In this document: positions 51,161 to 60,358 of the stretch, in pieces
Layout: each line of letters opens with the position of its first letter
How positions within the stretch are numbered: position 1 is the stretch's first letter
Assembly: GCA_963674965.2 (NCBI GenBank)
Contig: CAXXFL010000006.1
Span: forward strand, 1-64,000
Direction: 5' to 3'
Length of the DNA: 64,000 nt
Origin: a bacterium
GTDB taxonomy: Bacteria > RBG-13-61-14 > DATKZS01
Position numbers and translations under genes: made by a program
Notes under the pieces: model-generated
What the model was told of the DNA's origin: nothing
Seen by the model: the letters and a program-made list of their open reading frames with translations, nothing else
Databases searched by the model: none

Positions 51161-51952
51161 ATGATTTTTATTGAGCTTTTCAGCCTGATCCTTTTGATCG
51201 CCATGATACTTTATTTCGTAAGGTTCGGGGCTCACCTCAAGGCGGCAAAGCAAAGGGGTGTCGCCAGCCTTATGCCTTCGCGGCTGAACCCGGTCATGTT
51301 CGCCTTGGGGACCGTTTTTTTAATAATCGGCCTTGTCGGGTTCGAGATAAAAAGCATGCGCTTCAGCATGTCTTCCCGTACGTCCGTGGCCAAGTCGAAT
51401 CTCGTGGAAATATCCTTTGCCCAAATGCAGTACCATAACCAATACCAGTCCTACGCCGGCGGGAAGGACGCTTTCAAGGACCTGGAATTCAAGACTTACG
51501 GGCCGGCCTATTATTATTCCTATTTCCTGGATCAAGACGTTTTCCTGGAGAAATCGGGCGATGACCCTAAATTTTCTCCCGACAAGGAATGGCCCTTCTC
51601 GGCCAAGCCAAGCTCGGGCGAAAATGCCTTCCTGGCCTTCGCCGTTGGAGAGATCGACTCGGACCCTTGCCCCGACGTGTGGACCATTAACGAGGAAAAA
51701 GAGCTGGTCCACCTGGTAAACGACATTAATGACTCCTACAAGCCCGGCCAGTGCCTTAATTGCCCTTGGGCCAAAGAGCAAACGGGTTTTCAGCTCTTCC
51801 TCGAAAAGCCGCCGCCCATCATCGGCTCCCTGGCCGGAATACTGATCGTTATCTCCCCCATCCTCCTGGTCGTCTCGATCATCAGGATCAAAAAGGACAA
51901 AAAGAAAATGCTGACTTTAAAGGAGATGGAGACGGGGTCTGAAGAAGACTGA
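51161..51952 (+). CDS. 3-TM membrane protein with internal type IV pilin-like domain, paralog 1
   Basis: SR.S.AK.NL..I..AQ..Y, F.AFAVGEID.D...DVWTINE.KEL.HL.ND; no G|FxxxE prepilin site before the pilin helix. Confidence 0.75.
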   Translation: MIFIELFSLILLIAMILYFVRFGAHLKAAKQRGVASLMPSRLNPVMFALGTVFLIIGLVGFEIKSMRFSMSSRTSVAKSNLVEISFAQMQYHNQYQSYAGGKDAFKDLEFKTYGPAYYYSYFLDQDVFLEKSGDDPKFSPDKEWPFSAKPSSGENAFLAFAVGEIDSDPCPDVWTINEEKELVHLVNDINDSYKPGQCLNCPWAKEQTGFQLFLEKPPPIIGSLAGILIVISPILLVVSIIRIKKDKKKMLTLKEMETGSEED

Positions 51953-51983
51953 CTCGGAAAGGGAACAGGGAAAGGAGATTAAA

Positions 51984-52754
51984 TTGTTTTTTATTATTCA
52001 AGTCATAAGCATTGTCATCACCATTATTACTCTCATTTATTACGCCAGGTTCATCTCGCATTTTCGCGCGGCCAAAAGGCGGGGTGAACGAGACTTTTTA
52101 CCGTCATGGCTAAACCCTGTCCTTTTCAGCGCGGGAGTCGGCTGCCTGCTGATAAGCCTTAACGCCTTCATGTTCGCGAACATGCACTTCGCGGCCAGAA
52201 GCAAAGCGTATGAGGCAAAATTCGAGCTTGGCGCCATATTTACCAGTCAGATTGCCTACTTTGGCGAGAATAACCTCTACGCCGGAGGTGAGGAGGCATT
52301 TCAGGATATCGGATGGATGCCTGAGGGGAACCCGCGCTATAGTTACTACCTGGGCAAGGACGAGATAATGACCAAGAGAGATGAGCCAATCAAGTTCAGT
52401 CCCAAAAGCAATTGGCCCTTTTCCTCCAAGCCGGCCGGGACCAATGACTCCTTTCTCGTCTTTGCCATTGGCAATAACGACCTGGACGAATGCCCCGACG
52501 TATGGACCATCAACGAGAATAAGGAACTAATCCACCTGGTGGATGACACTCGGGACCACTATAAACCCGGCCAGTGCAAAAACTGCCCCTGGGCAAAGGA
52601 ACAATCGGGCATGAGCCTGTTCCTCGAGGAACACGAAATGCTTCGAGGTTTCACTTCCATTTGGGTTACGTTTCTTATTGCGATTATAGTCCTGCCCATC
52701 TCTATATACAGGATCAAAAAGGACAAGAAAAAAATGAAGGCCCTGCAGGGCTGA
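51984..52754 (+). CDS. 3-TM membrane protein with internal type IV pilin-like domain, paralog 2
   Basis: TTG start with RBS AAGGAG. ARSKAYEAKFELGAIFTSQIAYFGE, IGWMPEG.PRYSYY, FLVFAIGNNDLDECPDVWTINE. Confidence 0.78.
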   Translation: MFFIIQVISIVITIITLIYYARFISHFRAAKRRGERDFLPSWLNPVLFSAGVGCLLISLNAFMFANMHFAARSKAYEAKFELGAIFTSQIAYFGENNLYAGGEEAFQDIGWMPEGNPRYSYYLGKDEIMTKRDEPIKFSPKSNWPFSSKPAGTNDSFLVFAIGNNDLDECPDVWTINENKELIHLVDDTRDHYKPGQCKNCPWAKEQSGMSLFLEEHEMLRGFTSIWVTFLIAIIVLPISIYRIKKDKKKMKALQG

Positions 52755-52801
52755 TCGGTCGGAGTGAAGGCGTCGGGAAAAACGGAAAGGAAGCATCGGC
52801 C

Positions 52802-54172
52802 ATGACGCGGAAAATATTGATAGTCGACGACGAGAAGAACATGCGGGAGTTCTTAAAGGACCTGTTCGAGCTCGAGGGTTACGAGGCAAGGGGCGCGGCC
52901 GACGGCGAGACGGCCCTGGCCGACGCGGGCAAGGAACCGCCCGACCTGATGATCCTCGATCTCCGCCTGCCCGGTATCCAGGGCATGGAGGTCCTGCGCC
53001 GCCTGCGAGCGGGGGGAGCCGCCTTCCCCATCATCATCATCACCGCCCACGGAGACGTGGCCGCCGCCGTGGACGCGGTCAAGGCGGGGGCCGCCGACTT
53101 CATCGTCAAGCCCTTTGACAACGGCCGGGTGGTGGCGGCGGTCAAGCAGGCCCTCGAGGCCGAGGGCTTCGTGGCCGAGGCCGGACTCAGCCGGCCCGTG
53201 CTGGATAATAGAAAAATTCCCGGCGCCCCCGAGATAATCGGCCATAGCCCCGAGATACTCGGGGTTTTCGAGACCATCGAAAAAGTCGCCGCCACTCACG
53301 CCACGGTCCTCATCCGGGGCGAGAGCGGCACGGGCAAGGAACTGGTGGCCCAGGCCCTCCATATGAGAAGCACAAGGCGCGACGGCCCCATGATCTGCCT
53401 CAACTGCGCGGCCCTGCCCGAGACCCTGCTCGAGAGCGAGCTGTTCGGATACGAGCGCGGCGCCTTTACGGGGGCCCATCGCCGCAAGTCGGGCAAGATG
53501 GACCTGGCCGACGGGGGCACGTTGTTTCTGGATGAAGTAGGGGACCTTTCGGCCTCGGCCCAGGCCAAGCTTTTGCGAGTGCTGGAGGAGAGGGAGTTCT
53601 GCCCCCTTGGCGGTGACCGATCGAAAAAGGTTGACATCCGGATCATCGCGGCCACCAATCGCGATCTCGAGTCCATGTCCCGGTCCGGGTCGTTCAGGGA
53701 TGACCTTTTCTTCCGGCTGAACGTGGTGCCCCTTTACCTTCCGCCCCTGCGGGAAAGGACCCAGGACATAGCCGCCCTCGCCTCTCACTTCCTGGCCAAG
53801 TACAAAAAAAGACACGGCCGGGAGGACGCGGCCCTGGCCGACAAGGACGTGGCCAGAATGTCGGCCTACTCCTGGCCGGGAAACATCCGGGAACTCGAGC
53901 ACGCCATCGAGAAGTTCGTCATCCTCGGCGACCTGCCCATCCCCGAGGCCTCGGGCGCTCCCCTCCCTCTTGGCGCGGCTCGGGGAGGCGAGGGCCCGGT
54001 GGGTCCACTCAAGGACGCGGTCAAGGCGGCCGAGCGCGAGATAATCATCCGCGCCCTTCGCCGAGCCGGCGGAAACAAGTCCCAGGCCGCCCGCGACCTG
54101 AAAATCTCCTACAAGACCCTGTTCAATAAAATCTCGGAACACGGCATCGAGATCAAGTCGGAGATCGAATGA
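52802..54172 (+). CDS. Sigma54-dependent response regulator (NtrC/PilR/AtoC family)
   Basis: Start reassigned to MTRKIL (ATG 52802). REC domain, GESGTGKE, ESELFG.E.GAFTGA, LFLDEVGD, WPGNIREL, Fis-type HTH. Confidence 0.96.
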   Translation: MTRKILIVDDEKNMREFLKDLFELEGYEARGAADGETALADAGKEPPDLMILDLRLPGIQGMEVLRRLRAGGAAFPIIIITAHGDVAAAVDAVKAGAADFIVKPFDNGRVVAAVKQALEAEGFVAEAGLSRPVLDNRKIPGAPEIIGHSPEILGVFETIEKVAATHATVLIRGESGTGKELVAQALHMRSTRRDGPMICLNCAALPETLLESELFGYERGAFTGAHRRKSGKMDLADGGTLFLDEVGDLSASAQAKLLRVLEEREFCPLGGDRSKKVDIRIIAATNRDLESMSRSGSFRDDLFFRLNVVPLYLPPLRERTQDIAALASHFLAKYKKRHGREDAALADKDVARMSAYSWPGNIRELEHAIEKFVILGDLPIPEASGAPLPLGAARGGEGPVGPLKDAVKAAEREIIIRALRRAGGNKSQAARDLKISYKTLFNKISEHGIEIKSEIE

Positions 54173-54242
54173 ATATAACCGCGCCGGCGGCACAGAATTT
54201 GATTTTACTTCGCCCCTTTATGAATTCGTTGTCAATTCGTCC

Positions 54243-54271
54243 TTGACAATTCATGGCGGAGCAACTATAAA
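54243..54271 (+). promoter_or_regulatory. Near-consensus sigma70 promoter ~410 bp upstream of the OMP gene
   Basis: TTGACA-17 bp-TATAAA. Confidence 0.65.
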
Positions 54272-54684
54272 TTAATCAAGAGCCGAACTAAGCGGAGTCG
54301 GGCTTGCCGATTAGTGAAGGCCTCCGTCGGGATTGATTAGTGAATGAGTTAGCCGTAAAGATATTTTACTACCCCAGGCAGAGAGCTCATTGAATGACTG
54401 ACCCTTCTAATATCTTATATGCTATATAAGACCGTACCCGAGCATTAGATTATTTTTAACGCCCCTTTTTAAAAACGGGGTTACAACTTGAGGATGGATG
54501 TTTTCTCATTATTCTTCGAAACGACAAAGAAGTCTCCATTTGCCTCTTATCAAACAGTGGAGTCGGCGTAAGCGCGTCCGTCGCGCTTGCCTGCACATGG
54601 CGGGCGTTAGTTATGCCCGCTAAACCTTGACGTCGGAGGGGGACCATTAATTCGCGGCCCCCGCCAAAAGGAGGAAAGAAGAGC

Positions 54685-55314
54685 ATGAAAAGGTTGTTGG
54701 GTTTCGCAGTATTGCTATTGGGAGTGACGCTAGTGGTCCCCGCCGTTTCGGAATCCGCGATGGTACGCGGGAAAAGCTATGTCGTGGGCGGCATTAACGC
54801 CGGCGCTCAGAACGCCTGGTCCGCTGAAGAGGGAGCGAGCGACGTAACCCTCTCCAATATGGGCGTGGGTATCCAGATAATGTATGGGTACAACTTCACC
54901 GACAATATCGCGCTGGAAGTAGGGTACAGCGGCAGCAACTTCGCGAGTCAGGTACAGGTGGACGGAGAAGCGATCGACGGTGACTACATGTATGTCCACG
55001 AAATAATGCCGAGGGTCGTTTTCAGGACAAACAATCCCGAGTTGGATTTTTACGGGTTCGTCGGCGGTGGAGTAGGCATCTTCCAATATCAAACTACAAC
55101 ATTCGGAGTCACCAACTCGGAAATGTACGCCGGCCCCGGCGGCACTTTGGGTGGTGGACTGCTATATCATTTCGATAATGGATGGTTTATTGGCGGCGAA
55201 GGAAGTTACGGCCAATATTTCGTCGACGTCTCGGACGAAGGTTCCGAAGAATCGAACAATGTTTACGTGAACCGGTTTTTCGCGACCTTCCGGTTCGGGT
55301 TCCAGTTCCTTTAA
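54685..55314 (+). CDS. Outer-membrane beta-barrel protein (8-stranded OmpA/porin-like)
   Basis: Signal peptide, GYNF...ALE.GY, Y.F.GGG.G, C-terminal FGFQF; RBS AGGAGG. Confidence 0.85.
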   Translation: MKRLLGFAVLLLGVTLVVPAVSESAMVRGKSYVVGGINAGAQNAWSAEEGASDVTLSNMGVGIQIMYGYNFTDNIALEVGYSGSNFASQVQVDGEAIDGDYMYVHEIMPRVVFRTNNPELDFYGFVGGGVGIFQYQTTTFGVTNSEMYAGPGGTLGGGLLYHFDNGWFIGGEGSYGQYFVDVSDEGSEESNNVYVNRFFATFRFGFQFL

Positions 55315-55331
55315 TAAACGTCTTTCACTTA

Positions 55332-55517
55332 GAGCCTCTTGTAAAAGTCCCGCTTTGGAGTGGGGCGGCTCGACGCCGCTTTTCTTCCGAGCGGCTTGAC
55401 GCGAGGCAAGCCGTTTTCTTGTTTGGCCTTGTCAAGCCAAGGCCATCGAAAGCGGTCTCAAGCGACCGCGCTCCAAAGCGGCCATGCCTCCAAGAAAAGG
55501 ACTTTTGCAAGAAGCTC
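55332..55517 (+). mobile_element. MITE copy 3
   Basis: TIR GAGCCTCTTGTAAAAGTCC / GGACTTTTGCAAGAAGCTC; flanked by direct repeat ACTTA. Confidence 0.88.
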
Positions 55518-55735
55518 ACTTAAAGACTCCCGAGCCCCTTCTTGCATGGAACGAGGGCTCGGGAGTATTCTTTTCCCTTCCATTAGTAATCCTCCCAGTT
55601 CGAGTAAGGAACGACTGGCGTCGGCGTCTTCTATGGAGGCGGCAATGGCCTCGCCATAAAGAACCTAAAAGTTGCCTTTGCTTTACGAATGTTTTCTGAA
55701 AACTCGATCGCGGCTATAATCTCTTTAGAGGTTTT

Positions 55736-56446
55736 ATGGCCATTCGCGTTGATAGGGAGGGAAGCCTTCGCGTCCTGACCATGGACGACGGGCTGGATAA
55801 CAGGTTCAACCTCGAGTTCCTGGGCCTTTTTAACCAGGCCCTGGACGAGATCGAGGAGGACCCCGAGGCCAGGGCGGCGGTGGTGACGGGAGGTCCGGAC
55901 CGCTTTTTCGCGGTGGGCATCGACATACCCTGGGCCCTTTCCGCCACCCTCCAGGACGCGACCGATTTCCTCACGGGCTATGTTAGGCTCGTGCATCGCT
56001 GCCTTCTCTTTCCCAAGCCCATGGTCTCGGCCATCAACGGCCACGCCTTTGCCGGCGGCTTCTTCCTGGCTATGACCTCCGACTGGCGAGTCATGCGCGA
56101 GGACAGGGGGTTCCTCTGCGTTCCCGAGATCGACCTCCCCTACGACCTACCGGTCGGACACGTCGCCCTTACCGCCATGGTGGTGGGGACCCGAAACGCC
56201 GACTACCTGGCCCTGACCGGAGAACGCGTGCCCGGGCCCAAGGCCCTGGCCCTCGGAGCAGCGGACGAGCTGGCCCAAAAGGACGAGGTCCTGCCCCGCG
56301 CCCTCGCCGCGGCCCTAAAGCTCTCGCCTAAAAGTATCGAGCAATACGCCCGCCATAAACGGAACCTCCGCGCCCGAGTCGCCCGGCTCCTTTTGGAGGA
56401 AGACCTGGGCTTCATGGTCGCCCTGGCTCAAAAGGAGCGCGGCTGA
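55736..56446 (+). CDS. Enoyl-CoA hydratase/isomerase family protein
   Basis: FFAVGID, FPKPMVSAINGHAFAGG, D.RVMREDRG..C.PE. Confidence 0.9.
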   Translation: MAIRVDREGSLRVLTMDDGLDNRFNLEFLGLFNQALDEIEEDPEARAAVVTGGPDRFFAVGIDIPWALSATLQDATDFLTGYVRLVHRCLLFPKPMVSAINGHAFAGGFFLAMTSDWRVMREDRGFLCVPEIDLPYDLPVGHVALTAMVVGTRNADYLALTGERVPGPKALALGAADELAQKDEVLPRALAAALKLSPKSIEQYARHKRNLRARVARLLLEEDLGFMVALAQKERG

Positions 56447-56522
56447 GGCGGCCCGCCGTTTTTCCCCGCGCCCATCAGGCGCTATTATGTAAGAAAGCTT
56501 GAAAAGAAAATGGAGGCTACTC

Positions 56523-57431
56523 ATGCGCGTGAAAATTATAGCGGCTCTTTTTTGCCTGACGGCCGTTTGCGGCTGTCTCACCTCGAAGTCTTCCCAGCGT
56601 CTGGACGACATGGTCCCCAAGCTGGTCCCGCCCGAGGAGGTGGCCAATTACGAGCGGGACGTGATCTGGGCCTCGCCGGGCGGAAGAGATATCCTGCTCG
56701 ACGCGAGCTGGCCCGAGGGCGACGGCCCCTTCCCCGTTCTGGTCTGGATTCACGGCGGCTCATGGGAGTTCTTCTCGAAGGAGGCCAACGAGGGCCTGGC
56801 GCGTTTTATTACCAATCGCGGTTACGTGGTATTCAACGTTAACTACCGCATGGCGCCGGAGGTCCCGATAAAGACGATCGTCGAGGACGCCATGGGCGTG
56901 GTGATATGGGCCAAGGACCACGCGGCCGATTATAACGGAGACCCCCACCGCCTGGCCGTGGCCGGGCACAGCGCGGGCGGCCATCTTTGCGCCATGGTCA
57001 CCACCGCCTGCGGCGACCCCTTTTTCACGCCCACCTATCAAAGTGACTCCGGAGCCGACTGCAGGGTCTCCGCCGCCGTGCCCGTCAGCGGGGTTTATGA
57101 CTTCATCGCCCGGGGCAAAGAGGACCCCGAGAAATGGGAACGCGTGTTCGGCGTATCCTATCCGGACGACCCTTCCCTTTACGAAAGAATGTCGCCCATC
57201 ACGCGCGTCCGGGCCGACCTCCCGCCCCAACTGGTCGTGTACGCGGGAGACGAGGAATTACGAGAGGCCAACGAAAACTGGATCGCCGCGCTCGAGGCGG
57301 CCGGAGCGCCGGTCACGAGCTACATGGAGCCTGACGTGGACCACGTCTGGATTATATGGCACTGGAAAAAACCCGCCCTCAATACCTACGCCAAGATAGT
57401 CGAGTTCCTCGACTCGGAACTGAAGAAATAA
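56523..57431 (+). CDS. Alpha/beta hydrolase (HSL-type esterase), lipoprotein
   Basis: Start at MRVK (ATG 56523), lipobox VCGC; HGGSW, NYR.AP, GHSAGG. Confidence 0.9.
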   Translation: MRVKIIAALFCLTAVCGCLTSKSSQRLDDMVPKLVPPEEVANYERDVIWASPGGRDILLDASWPEGDGPFPVLVWIHGGSWEFFSKEANEGLARFITNRGYVVFNVNYRMAPEVPIKTIVEDAMGVVIWAKDHAADYNGDPHRLAVAGHSAGGHLCAMVTTACGDPFFTPTYQSDSGADCRVSAAVPVSGVYDFIARGKEDPEKWERVFGVSYPDDPSLYERMSPITRVRADLPPQLVVYAGDEELREANENWIAALEAAGAPVTSYMEPDVDHVWIIWHWKKPALNTYAKIVEFLDSELKK

Positions 57432-57450
57432 TTCTTGCCCCGATTGGAGA

Positions 57451-58416
57451 ATGAAAATGAAAAAACGCTCCCTTCCCAGGAAAAAGGCCTTCCGCATTAT
57501 AAGGACCTTTGCCATCCTGGCCCTGTCGGTCGCGGCCTCCATGGCCATGGGCGCCAAGCGGCCCGAGCCGCCCGGCCCGCACGAGAACTACGGCGCCCGC
57601 GCCGAGACGGTTATCCGGGATATCCCCTATTCTCCAGGCAACGAGAGCGATATGGACCTGATGCTGGACGTTTACTCGAACCCTCACCAGGGCCTGTGGC
57701 CCGCGATAGTCATGATCCACGGCGGCTCCTGGATGGAGGGCGACAAGGAGGTGGACAACAAGGTCTACATCTGCAAGGTCCTGGCCGCCAACGGCTACGT
57801 GGTTTTTATCATCAACTACCGGCTCTGGCCGGAGGTAAAGATGAAAACGGAGGCTGAGGACGCCATGGCCGCGGTCATATGGGTCAAGCGTCACGCTCGG
57901 GAATACGGGGCCGACCCGGACCGGGTGGGCGTGGTGGGCGGCTCGGCGGGCGGCCATTTGGCGGCCCTGGTGGCCTGGGCCAGCGACGACCCCTGGTTCG
58001 AGCCCACCGGCTGGGACGACTCGGAGGTGGACTCGGACGTTAAGGTGGCGGCGCTTTATTATCCGGTGCTGGACGTGAACAAGACCTTTAACGAAGTGGT
58101 CACGCCCATCGTCACCCCCCTCGCCCGTTCCCTCTTGATCGGCAAGAAGCCCAAAAAGCAGCTAATGCACCTGTCGCCCAAATACCACGTGGACGCCAAC
58201 GTCCCTCCCACCATGTTCCTCACGGGAGACAAGGACTCCCTTAAGCTCTACCCCCACTCCGTGCTCTATCGCGATAAACTCGAGCAACTGGGCGTGGACA
58301 CGAAACTCTACACCGCCCCCGGCAAAGACCACGGCTTCACCTGGAACTACTGGGAACCCGAAAGCCTCGAGAGCGTAATGGAGATAGTCGATTTCTTCGA
58401 CAAGTATTTGAAGTAG
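57451..58416 (+). CDS. Alpha/beta hydrolase (HSL-type esterase), secreted, tandem paralog
   Basis: HGGSW, NYRL.P, GGSAGG, GDKD, HGF. Confidence 0.9.
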   Translation: MKMKKRSLPRKKAFRIIRTFAILALSVAASMAMGAKRPEPPGPHENYGARAETVIRDIPYSPGNESDMDLMLDVYSNPHQGLWPAIVMIHGGSWMEGDKEVDNKVYICKVLAANGYVVFIINYRLWPEVKMKTEAEDAMAAVIWVKRHAREYGADPDRVGVVGGSAGGHLAALVAWASDDPWFEPTGWDDSEVDSDVKVAALYYPVLDVNKTFNEVVTPIVTPLARSLLIGKKPKKQLMHLSPKYHVDANVPPTMFLTGDKDSLKLYPHSVLYRDKLEQLGVDTKLYTAPGKDHGFTWNYWEPESLESVMEIVDFFDKYLK

Positions 58417-58551
58417 GGGGAGAGTTTTCAGGGAGGACATTCACTCCAAGCGGAGAAGCCGAGGGCTTGCCTCCCAGGTGAGACCCGCAGGGATGGCCCG
58501 GACAGCTCCGCCATCTGGGCGCCAAAGGCGCGGGAAAGAGTGCTTGCCTCC

Positions 58552-58590
58552 CGGGTGGCCCGTCCGGTTTCCCCGAAACCGCGCGGGTCC
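58552..58590. repeat. REP-like hairpin repeat, copy 3
   Basis: CGGGTGGCCCGTCCGGTTTC-CCC-GAAACCGCGCGGGTCC, same stem as 6615-6655 and 6776-6816. Confidence 0.7.
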
Positions 58591-58705
58591 TGAAAATGAA
58601 AACTATTGTGTGCTCCCCGTAGTAACTCCCAGGCGAGCCTCTGTGCCAACGTAGATGAGACACTTCCCCTATGTTAAATTACTGTAGGGCGGGGGAGGTA
58701 TTAGG

Positions 58706-59245
58706 ATGTATAGAGAGATGGATGAAGACAGGAAGAAGGCAGGGATTGTTGGGGAGACGGAGGGAGCCCGTAGGGCGACCGGAGTCTCCCCAACCGGGAC
58801 GGCCGAGCCGGAGGACACTCCGGCCAAGCGGCCCGAGCGGGGAGGTCCGCCGATCATTCTTCCCGACCCGGAGGTCCCGGAAAAGCCCGCCCGGCGGCGC
58901 TTCACCGCGGCTTACAAGCTCGCAATCCTCGGGAAGGCCGACGCCTGCTCGGGGCATGGCGAGGTCGGCGCCCTGCTGCGCCGGGAGGGCCTTTATTCGT
59001 CGCGCCTGACGGCCTGGCGCAAGCAGCGGGACGAGGGGGCCTTGAAAGCGCTTTCGCCCGTAAAGCGGGGCCGCAAGCCCAAGGCCAAAAACCCGCTGGC
59101 CGATGAAGTGGCCCGCCTCGAGCGCGAGAACCGGAAGCTCCAAAAGCGGCTCGAACAGGCCGAGATGATAATCGACTTCCAAAAAAAAGTTGCCGATCTG
59201 CTGGGGATACCCCTGGCCAAGCCGCCCGGCGAAGAGAGCGAATGA
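58706..59245 (+). CDS. IS3 transposase OrfA (HTH + leucine zipper)
   Basis: RRRFTAAYKL.IL, GALLRREGLYSS.L..WR, LERENRKL..L.QAE.II..QKK; start uncertain. Confidence 0.88.
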   Translation: MYREMDEDRKKAGIVGETEGARRATGVSPTGTAEPEDTPAKRPERGGPPIILPDPEVPEKPARRRFTAAYKLAILGKADACSGHGEVGALLRREGLYSSRLTAWRKQRDEGALKALSPVKRGRKPKAKNPLADEVARLERENRKLQKRLEQAEMIIDFQKKVADLLGIPLAKPPGEESE

Positions 59246-60258
59246 TGGAATCGGCAAGCACGGCCGCTCCCCGGGTCGGCGCCAAGGCCGCCTGCGAGGC
59301 CCTGGGCCTGTCGCGAGCAACGTTTAATCGTCGCGCTAAAATTCCCTTCGGGCCTCCGCCGCCGAGGCGCGCGGCCAAGCCGGCAAGGTCGTTGAGCGAG
59401 GACGAGCGGCGCCGGGTGCTGGACGAACTCCACTCCGAGCGCTTTGCCGACAAGGCCCCCCGCGAGGTCTGGGCAACGCTCCTGGACGAGGGGACATGGC
59501 TGTGCTCGGTCCGCACCATGTACCGCGTCCTCGACTCGGAAAAGGAAGTCCGGGAGCGGCGCAACCAACTCCGGCGTCCCCGATACAAAAAACCCGAGTT
59601 GCTGGCCGAGGCCCCCAACCAGGTCTGGTCCTGGGACGTCACCAAACTCAAGGGACCGGCCAAATGGACCTGCTACCAACTCTACGTGATCATGGACATC
59701 TTCAGCCGCTGCGTGGTGGGATGGATGATCGCCGGACGCGAAAGCGCGGAGCTGGCCCGCCGCCTGATCGGGGACAGCATCCGAAAACAGGGGATCGAGC
59801 CGGGACAACTCACCATCCACGCCGACCGGGGGAGTTCGATGAAATCAAAGCCGGTGGCCTTCTTGATGGCCGACCTGGGCGTGACCAAGAGCCACTCGCG
59901 GCCCCACGTGTCCGACGACAACCCCTACTCGGAAAGCCAGTTCAAGACCATGAAGTACCGGCCCGAGTTCCCGAGCCGGTTCGGCTCCATCGAGGACGCC
60001 AGGGCCTTTTGCGTGAAGTTTTTCGATTGGTACAACCGCGAGCATCGGCACACCGGGATCGGCCTGATGACGCCCGAGATGGTCCATTACGGAATGGCGA
60101 GCGAGATCGTGGCCGCCAGGCAAAAAACGCTCGACCACGCCTATGAAAAAAAACCGGAGCGCTTCGTGAAAAGACCGCCGACGGCGCCGGAGTTGCCCGG
60201 CAAAGCGTGGATCAACCCACCGGCGAAACCGGAGGAAATAAACAGTTTGCCACACTAA
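59242..60258 (+). CDS. IS3 transposase OrfB (DDE)
   Basis: PNQVWSWDVT, DIFSR.VVGW, IHADRGS, SDDNPYSES.FKT.K, WYN.EH.H. Confidence 0.95.
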   Translation: MMESASTAAPRVGAKAACEALGLSRATFNRRAKIPFGPPPPRRAAKPARSLSEDERRRVLDELHSERFADKAPREVWATLLDEGTWLCSVRTMYRVLDSEKEVRERRNQLRRPRYKKPELLAEAPNQVWSWDVTKLKGPAKWTCYQLYVIMDIFSRCVVGWMIAGRESAELARRLIGDSIRKQGIEPGQLTIHADRGSSMKSKPVAFLMADLGVTKSHSRPHVSDDNPYSESQFKTMKYRPEFPSRFGSIEDARAFCVKFFDWYNREHRHTGIGLMTPEMVHYGMASEIVAARQKTLDHAYEKKPERFVKRPPTAPELPGKAWINPPAKPEEINSLPH

Positions 60259-60358
60259 ATTCAGGAAAGGCGTGTCTCATTTTGCTTGACACATTCCGCC
60301 TAAGGTACTCAGCAGTTGTTTGTTGAATGAGGATTTCTTCTGTATTGCGTCATTGTGC

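Larger units (their letters stand above)
58642..60293 (+). mobile_element. IS3-family insertion sequence
   Basis: Imperfect 22 bp IRs TGTGCCAACGTAGATGAGACAC (58642-58663) and GTGTCTCATTTTGCTTGACACA (60272-60293), 17/22 match, TG...CA ends; encloses orfA/orfB; no clear TSD. Confidence 0.85.

Noticed and set aside
51161-51220. MIFIELF as a prepilin N-terminus
   Set aside because: No leader or Gly before the Phe, the paralog lacks the Glu, and the pilin-like domain follows the second TM.
52853-54193. 446 aa minus-strand ORF
   Set aside because: Antisense shadow of the sigma54 regulator.
58620-58641. ACTCCCAGGCGAG as a tRNA-derived att site
   Set aside because: Too short; no T-loop sequence, integrase or matching copy in the window.
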